A stretch of 64,000 nucleotides of DNA from the human T2T-CHM13v2.0 reference genome, Homo sapiens. Position numbers and translations under genes: made by a program. The notes beneath the pieces were generated by a model, which searched no databases, had not been told where the DNA came from, and worked only from the letters and a program-made list of their open reading frames with translations. The DNA is taken from assembly GCF_009914755.1 (NCBI RefSeq), contig NC_060928.1; one strand, 5' to 3'. Position 1 is the first letter of the stretch. Every line of letters begins with the position of its first letter. This document shows positions 58,001 to 64,000 of the stretch, one piece after another.

Positions 58001-59551
58001 ATGAAGTACTATGTAGTTAATTACATATTTATTTCTTCATTGGGTGAAAAACAATTTTAAATATGTCACTGATGTTAATGTTTAAAATTTAATTTTCATA
58101 GTTTTATATCTTCGTGTATAAAAATTCATGTGGCTGTTGAAGTAGTCATCTGGTATTCCCTACCACACGATGTAACATTTATACATAATCATATAGAGAC
58201 TTCTTTAAAACTTATTTTGTGACTTATAAATTTGCTAGTACAACCTAAAATTGGTATCATTCGCCTTACTTGGTTCCACTTTACAAAGGGGTAAAAGCTT
58301 GAGGAACTCTTTCTGAGAAATTAAATGTGAATAACACATAAAAAATTTTCGGCCCAGACTAAAAGACATCAGATGAAAATACAATTTTAGAAATTAAAAA
58401 GGCAAACAAAGTGAAAATGAATCATCCTTTCCAAACAGGACAGAGAGAGATAAAGCCTGGGACAAGAGTCAAAGGGCAATAACTGGTCTCCAGATTTCAA
58501 GGGACCCTAAACTATTCCTTGAGCTACAGTTATGAAAGGCTGATGAAAAGGGAGAATTGCTAGCAACAATATTGTCCAATGTTATTTGTGATTTCTTATA
58601 TTTTATGTAATTAATCTGTGTCTATCTCCCTCCTTTTCTTCCCCTCAGAGGGCCTTTTAGAGTGCTGAACACTCTAAATACATTTTGACTGACTTTTCAT
58701 AGAGTTGAACAAAAAAATAATTTTAATTATCAAATCAAGTAAGCAAATTGACATATCACATATATACTAACAATGATTAAGTTTAAAGCTTCTAACTATC
58801 CAGGATGATGCTACAACTTTGTGGCTATCCAAATATGATTAGTCATGTAAGAAGACAGGCCAAAATTATAATGATATTTTATTAGTGGAGAACTCATGGC
58901 TGAAACATGCGTGTGTCATTGTTATAACCAAGAGTTCACAAGTCAAACACATGCAACAAGTTGAATAATTAAGTCAAAGGCCTAGATCATAACAAGGAAG
59001 ATAAGATACATTCAGGGTCAGTGATGAAGTTGGAAAATGTGGAAGATGAAGTATAAAACCAAGAACAAATTTGTTATCCAAAAGCTAATTAGAAAAGTCA
59101 ATCTCAAGGAACAGCTCAAGGGTGTTCTTTCAAAATTCTCAATATACTGGTGGAGAGGCTGCACGAAAGTTAAAATGTGTTGTTCAGTTACAGAAAAATA
59201 AATTAACGGCTCCTCAGGGTAAATAAAAAAGAAAAATCACTCTGTATTCTCATGGTTTGTATTCTCATTTTTGCCAAACTACCCTCAGCAATTCTTAGCA
59301 GTTTTATTTTTTCTTGAGTATTTAATACTATTTTTACAGCACAATTTTTAAGTTTTACAGAGATTTCAATTTTGATAGTCATATAGTATACCTGAGAATT
59401 TATTTTGAAGTCATGTACATGTGCGTGTGCCTGTGTGCACACATGTGTGTATTTTCAGATTAAAATATGTGGGATCATAAGCATTCTTTAGTTATTGCAA
59501 TTCTCTCAAACAATTGGATATTAATTTGTATTGTAAATCTTAGAGTAATAT

Positions 59552-60382
59552 TTATATAGAAGTACTGGGAAGGGAAGAGCGTGGTCCCTTTAAATGATAC
59601 TGGAGTTGGGAGGGAAAGGGAAGTGCTGAGTAAGGAGGGCGTAGTCCCTGGCTCGGGGTCCACCCCCACGGACCTAAGTGAGGACAGGCATGTCTTGCGC
59701 AAATGTAGCATTTCCCTAGACCACCCTGGCCTGCCATGCCCCCATCCTGTGCCTATAAAAACCTGAAACTCCAGCAAGGCAGAGACAGAGGCAGCTGGAT
59801 GTGGAGAGGAGCACATCAGCGGAGGAACACACAGGCAGCTGGACATCAAGAAGAATGCAACGACAGGCACCAGCACACCCGCAGGCCACCCCACCAGTAG
59901 AAGCAGTAGATACGGAGTTTGGCTGGAACAGTCAGAGGAGAGCCCAGGCCGCTGAGCAGCCCGACTCCAGAGGAAAACCATCTTCCTTCCGGCTCCCCCA
60001 CCTGCTGAGAGCTACTTCCACTCAATAAAACCTTGCACTCATTCTCCAAGCCCACATGTGATCCGATTATTTCCAGACATCAAGGCAAGAACCCGGGGAT
60101 AAAGAAAGTCCTCTGTCCTTGAGACAAGGTAGAGGGTCTAATTCAGCTGGTCAACACAAGCCGCCTATGGACTGTAAAACTAAAAGAGCACCCTGTAACA
60201 CATGCCCAGTGGGGCTTTGGGAGCTGTGAACATCCACCTCTAGACATCACCATCGGGTGGGAGCCCCACAGCCTACCTGTCTATATGCTCCCCTAGAGGT
60301 TTGAGCAGTGGGGCATTGTAGAAGTGAGCCACACCCCCATTGCACGCACTGCGATGGGGACAAGGGAGCTTTTCCCGTTTCA
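59552..60382 (+). mobile_element. Solo ERV1 LTR, LTR1-like (~830 bp)
   Basis: GC-rich block starting ...agaagtactgggaagggaagagcgtggtccctttaaatgatac and ending cttttcccgtttCA; TATA box and AATAAA are in LTR order. Confidence 0.88.
59754..60029 (+). promoter_or_regulatory. LTR TATA box (59754-59760) and poly(A) signal (60024-60029)
   Basis: gccTATAAAA and ctcAATAAA motifs intact; activity unknown. Confidence 0.55.
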
Positions 60383-62399
60383 ATAATACTTTTGATTACT
60401 ATTCAAGGAACGATTCCTTTTCTTTTAAGAGTTTTCTATAACTTAATGTATTTTGAACTACTGGGAAACTTCCATACTGAAAAAAACCTCTTCTCAGTAA
60501 TTATAACAACCTTCACAGTATGATTTCTGTATCTACAGATAGGTGTCTTTTAAAAGTGTTTTTGCATTTTATTTTTCTGAATGTATTTGGTTTACTAGAT
60601 AAATTGTGACTTTTTTAAATGCTGCAATTTTATTTTCCTTTTAAAACCATCTTAAGTAATAACTTAAGCCTCACTCTCTTGAGGCTTAATAAATGCTTAA
60701 TTTCTGATAGTAAGTAAAAGAAAATTCATAAGCTGAAATAAATAAAATGATTAAAAGTAGTGCTAATTAAACATTCTAAATATTGATGCCTATGGCATAT
60801 ATACATTAATTTGCTTAATGTAATAAAATATACTATTAACCTTGCTTTTCTACTATTTTAATATATGAAGTTATATGTTTATCTAATAATAACTAAGTTG
60901 AAAATATTTTTGGTGAAATAAATTTGTTTGTTTTTCATGATCAGAACTTAAAGTCTTTAATTTTTCAGTATTCATGGAAAACTAAAAATGTCTACTGAAA
61001 ATAAGCAATAGTTTTTTTTGTAAAATAACTGACTCAACAAACAGAAGGCAAATTTGTTCACTGAGTTGGTTCTTCCTATTTTGTACAGTAATAGTCAAAA
61101 CACTTCCCTGACATTTTATGTCATGTAACTTACATAAATAAAGCAGAGAGCTTAGCATTCTTAAAATTATTCTTCAGTTTCCAGTTTTCATCCTCTAACT
61201 GTCTCTCTGTGGATTTAAAACATTACCAAAATGCAGGGTCTGCATTTTGAAATAGACATAGAGTGTGACCTTTTTCACAGAAGTGCATCAATCTGATATA
61301 CTATAACTAATTTTCAAGCTATTGCATCATATGGTTCTTTAGTTTAATGAAGAAAATTTGGGGCTAGAAAAAAAATCCACCTCAAAATTCATGAATGAAA
61401 CCTAAAATCAGCTGATTATTTAAAAATAATCTCCTTTGCAAGCTCCTTTGAAATTTAAGCATAAATAGCATATTCTAATAAAACTGGGGTAAAAAATATA
61501 TGATTAACTCATCTTTAGTAATAGTAATTCCAAGGAAAATTTTGTTCACATCTTCTGCATCAAGTATTTTTATTCAAAATATTATGCCTGTATCAAAAAC
61601 TGTTATTTTGGGTTTTGCCACAACATAATGAGAAAAAGTAAAAAAAAATTAAGTTTTTTTTAACTTTTTCAGTAATTTTCTCTAAAATATATTGAAGACT
61701 CTTTTTAGTTTCTTTAAACTTTTACTTTATTATGCAAAGTTTTTACGTGGAAAACATTTGTCCAATGATGTTTTCCAAAATTTGTTTGCAATATAACAGA
61801 AGTGTAACCCATTCACAAAAATTCACCAGAATTTTATTTTTGCGTTGTCTACTATTTCAAGAAATAGCAATTGATAGAAATATTTTCTAATTGAAATAAA
61901 AATAAGCTCGAATGTATTATTGGAAGATAAAGATTACAGGAAGTCATGTGTTCCATATTTTCCACTTATATTCAAGTTAAATACAAATGGAAACAATGAG
62001 GGGAGAAAAATGTAAGAATTCAAAAATACCATTAAGAACTTCCAGGGAATTCCTGAATTCAAATAGGCATATATTAAGGATTAATTCCAATATAGAGACA
62101 CTCTAATATTACATGTATGTGAACACACACATATATACACATATACTAATTTTAATTGAAAAATATGTCATTGAAACATATAATGAATATCTGCTCACCA
62201 AACCCATTTCTTTTCCTTCCTAGATCAATGTGAATGTGTATTTGTCAATGTTTCTTATAGTAGGGTACGGTCAAATCACAGATATTTAGCACATGGAAAA
62301 TTAGCAGTAGTGATGCGTGAAAATTGAAGGCCTGGACCATGAGAGCCTTCCAGAGGTGATTCTCAATGCTCATTTCCTTCACGGACTTGGCACAGATGA

Positions 62400-62605
62400 G
62401 CAGGGGAGACTTTAAAGTCATGTATTGAGAACAAAGGAGCCAGAAGATGGAAGGAATCTGAGTCCCTATATTACTACTTGAGAACCACCAGCTCTACAGA
62501 AATATGTTTTGGTTTTCATATGAGCATTAAAAAGATGTCAATGATAATCTGAGCCATAAAAATGATTTTGTATGTTTGTTACAACACTTAGTATTCTTTA
62601 ATACG
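62400..62605 (+). mobile_element. Old MLT1 (J/K-like) fragment
   Basis: gagccagaagatggaaggaatctgagtccct...tgtttgttacaaca. Confidence 0.55.
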
Positions 62606-62741
62606 ATATTTCAAAAATTCTTAATCAGATTTCAAAGATTGGTTGTCCAAAAAAAAAAAAACCACCAAACTCTTTACAAATAAAAAATGTATATATTTGT
62701 ACATTTTTTAAGATAGTATTTAATTAAAAACAAGTTTTCTT

Positions 62742-63041
62742 TGTTTGTTTGTTTGTTTTGACACAGAGTCTCATTCTGTCACCCAGGCTAGAGTGCAGTG
62801 GTGCAATCATGGCTCATTACAGCCTTGAACTCCTTAGCTCAGGTGATCCTCCCACCTTAGCCTCCCGAGTAGCTGGGACTGCAGGCACAGCACACCATGT
62901 CTGGCTAATTTTTGTATTTTTTGTAGACAAGGGGTTTCACCATGTGACCCAGACTGGTCTTGAATTCCTGGGATCAAGCAATCTGCCTGTCTCAACCTCC
63001 CAAATTGCCACGATGACCAGTGTGAACCACTGCACATGGCC
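62742..63041 (-). mobile_element. AluJ
   Basis: Diverged full dimer; TSD AAACA(A/G)GTTTTCTT at 62728-62741 and 63044-63057. Confidence 0.92.
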
Positions 63042-63124
63042 AGAAACAGGTTTTCTTGAAGGACAACGACAAGTTACATGGAGAAGATTCCATACTAAGT
63101 TCTTATTTGATTAAAAAAAAGTTC

Positions 63125-63905
63125 TTTATTATTATTTTTTAAATTTCCATAGGTTTTTGCGGGACACATGGTGTTTTGTTACATGAATAAGTTCTTTAGT
63201 GAGATTTTGGTGCACCCATCACCCAAGCAGTATACACTGTAACTAATTTGTAGTCTTTTATCCCTCACCCTCCTCCCACACTTACCCCCAAATCCCTGAA
63301 GTCCATTGTATTATTCTTATGCCTTTGCATCCTCATAGCTTAGCTCCCACTTATGAGTGAGAACATATGATATTTGGTTTTTATTCCTGAGTTACTTCAA
63401 TTAGAATAATGGTCTCCAATTCCATCCAGGTCACTTCAAATGCCATTATTTCATTTTTTTCATGGCTGCATGGTATTCCATGGTGTGTGTGTATATATAT
63501 ATATGAATACCACAATTTCTTTACCCACTTGTTGATTGATGAGCATTTGAGCTGGTTTCATATTTTTGCAATTGCAAATTGTGCTGCTATAAACATGTGA
63601 GTGCAACTATCTTTTTCATATAATGACTTCTTTTCTTCTGGGTAGGTACCCAGCAGTGAAGGATTGCTGGATCAAATGGTAGTTCTGCTTTCAGTTATCT
63701 AAGGACTCTCCACACTGTTTTTCATAGTGGTTGTACTAGTTTACATTCCCACCAGCAATGTAAAAGTGTTCCTTTTTCACCAGATCCCTGCCAACATCTA
63801 CTATTTTTTTTTTCATTATGGCCATTCTTGCAGGAGTAAGGTGGTATTGCATTATGGTTTTGATTTACATTTTCCTGATCATTAGTGATGTTGAGCATTT
63901 TTTCA
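63125..63905 (-). mobile_element. L1PB-like 3' end
   Basis: gattttggtgcacccatcacccaagcag...gcctttgcatcctcatagcttagctcccac 3'UTR, then the ORF2 end. Confidence 0.9.
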
Positions 63906-64000
63906 TGTCACAGGATCCTTAGGGGTGTTGCTTTTCCAGCCAGAAACCTCTGTGGATGGTGGTGCCTTTGCCTGAGTTTTGCACAGGCCTATTGGGCTTG
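63906..64000 (-). mobile_element. 3' end of a MER52/LTR27-28-like ERV1 LTR inserted in the L1 (runs off the window)
   Basis: tgtcacaggatccttaggggtgttgcttttccagccagaaacctctgt is the reverse-complement homolog of the 35045-35092 LTR end. Confidence 0.8.

Noticed and set aside
59686-59695. p53 half-site AGGCATGTCT in the LTR
   Set aside because: Only one decamer, with no adjacent second half-site.
59475-60055. 168-aa minus-strand ORF and neighbours
   Set aside because: Inside the LTR1-like element, with no recognisable domain.
60664-60689. 10-bp stem hairpin TTAAGCCTCA/TGAGGCTTAA
   Set aside because: Isolated and too short for a pre-miRNA; plausible by chance in 64 kb.
61632-61670. A-run/T-run near-palindrome
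   Set aside because: Low complexity; not informative.

Overview
Primate (almost certainly human) genomic DNA, AT-rich and repeat-dense, lying inside the FSTL5 (follistatin-like 5) gene on the minus strand. It holds only two coding exons: 17652-17456 (197 bp) and 1107-987 (121 bp). Both have canonical GT-AG ends, splice in frame, and encode the EF-hand pair (recalled as exons 5 and 6). They are separated by a 16.3 kb intron, and everything from 17653 to the window end is one intron of more than 46 kb. The rest is Alu, L1, L2/MIR, LTR (MER52-like, LTR1-like, MLT1, LTR16-like) and DNA-transposon relics, plus microsatellites and local duplications. The other ORFs in the track are repeat-derived or chance. 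I see no convincing new multi-gene system. The best leads are: (i) the two exons form a 318-nt phase-symmetric block bracketed by inverted Alus, so a back-spliced circle would be a stop-free ORF of EF-hand repeats; (ii) a ~280-bp cluster of short inverted repeats at 4.1-4.4 kb that looks like a templated-insertion patchwork; (iii) rearranged retroelements: a tailless Alu head with a TSD, a trimeric Alu with a triplicated TSD, an AluY/MLT1 deletion junction, a twin-primed L1 and a microhomology-deleted L1. Repeat subfamily names were recognised by eye, and boundaries are approximate unless TSDs are quoted.
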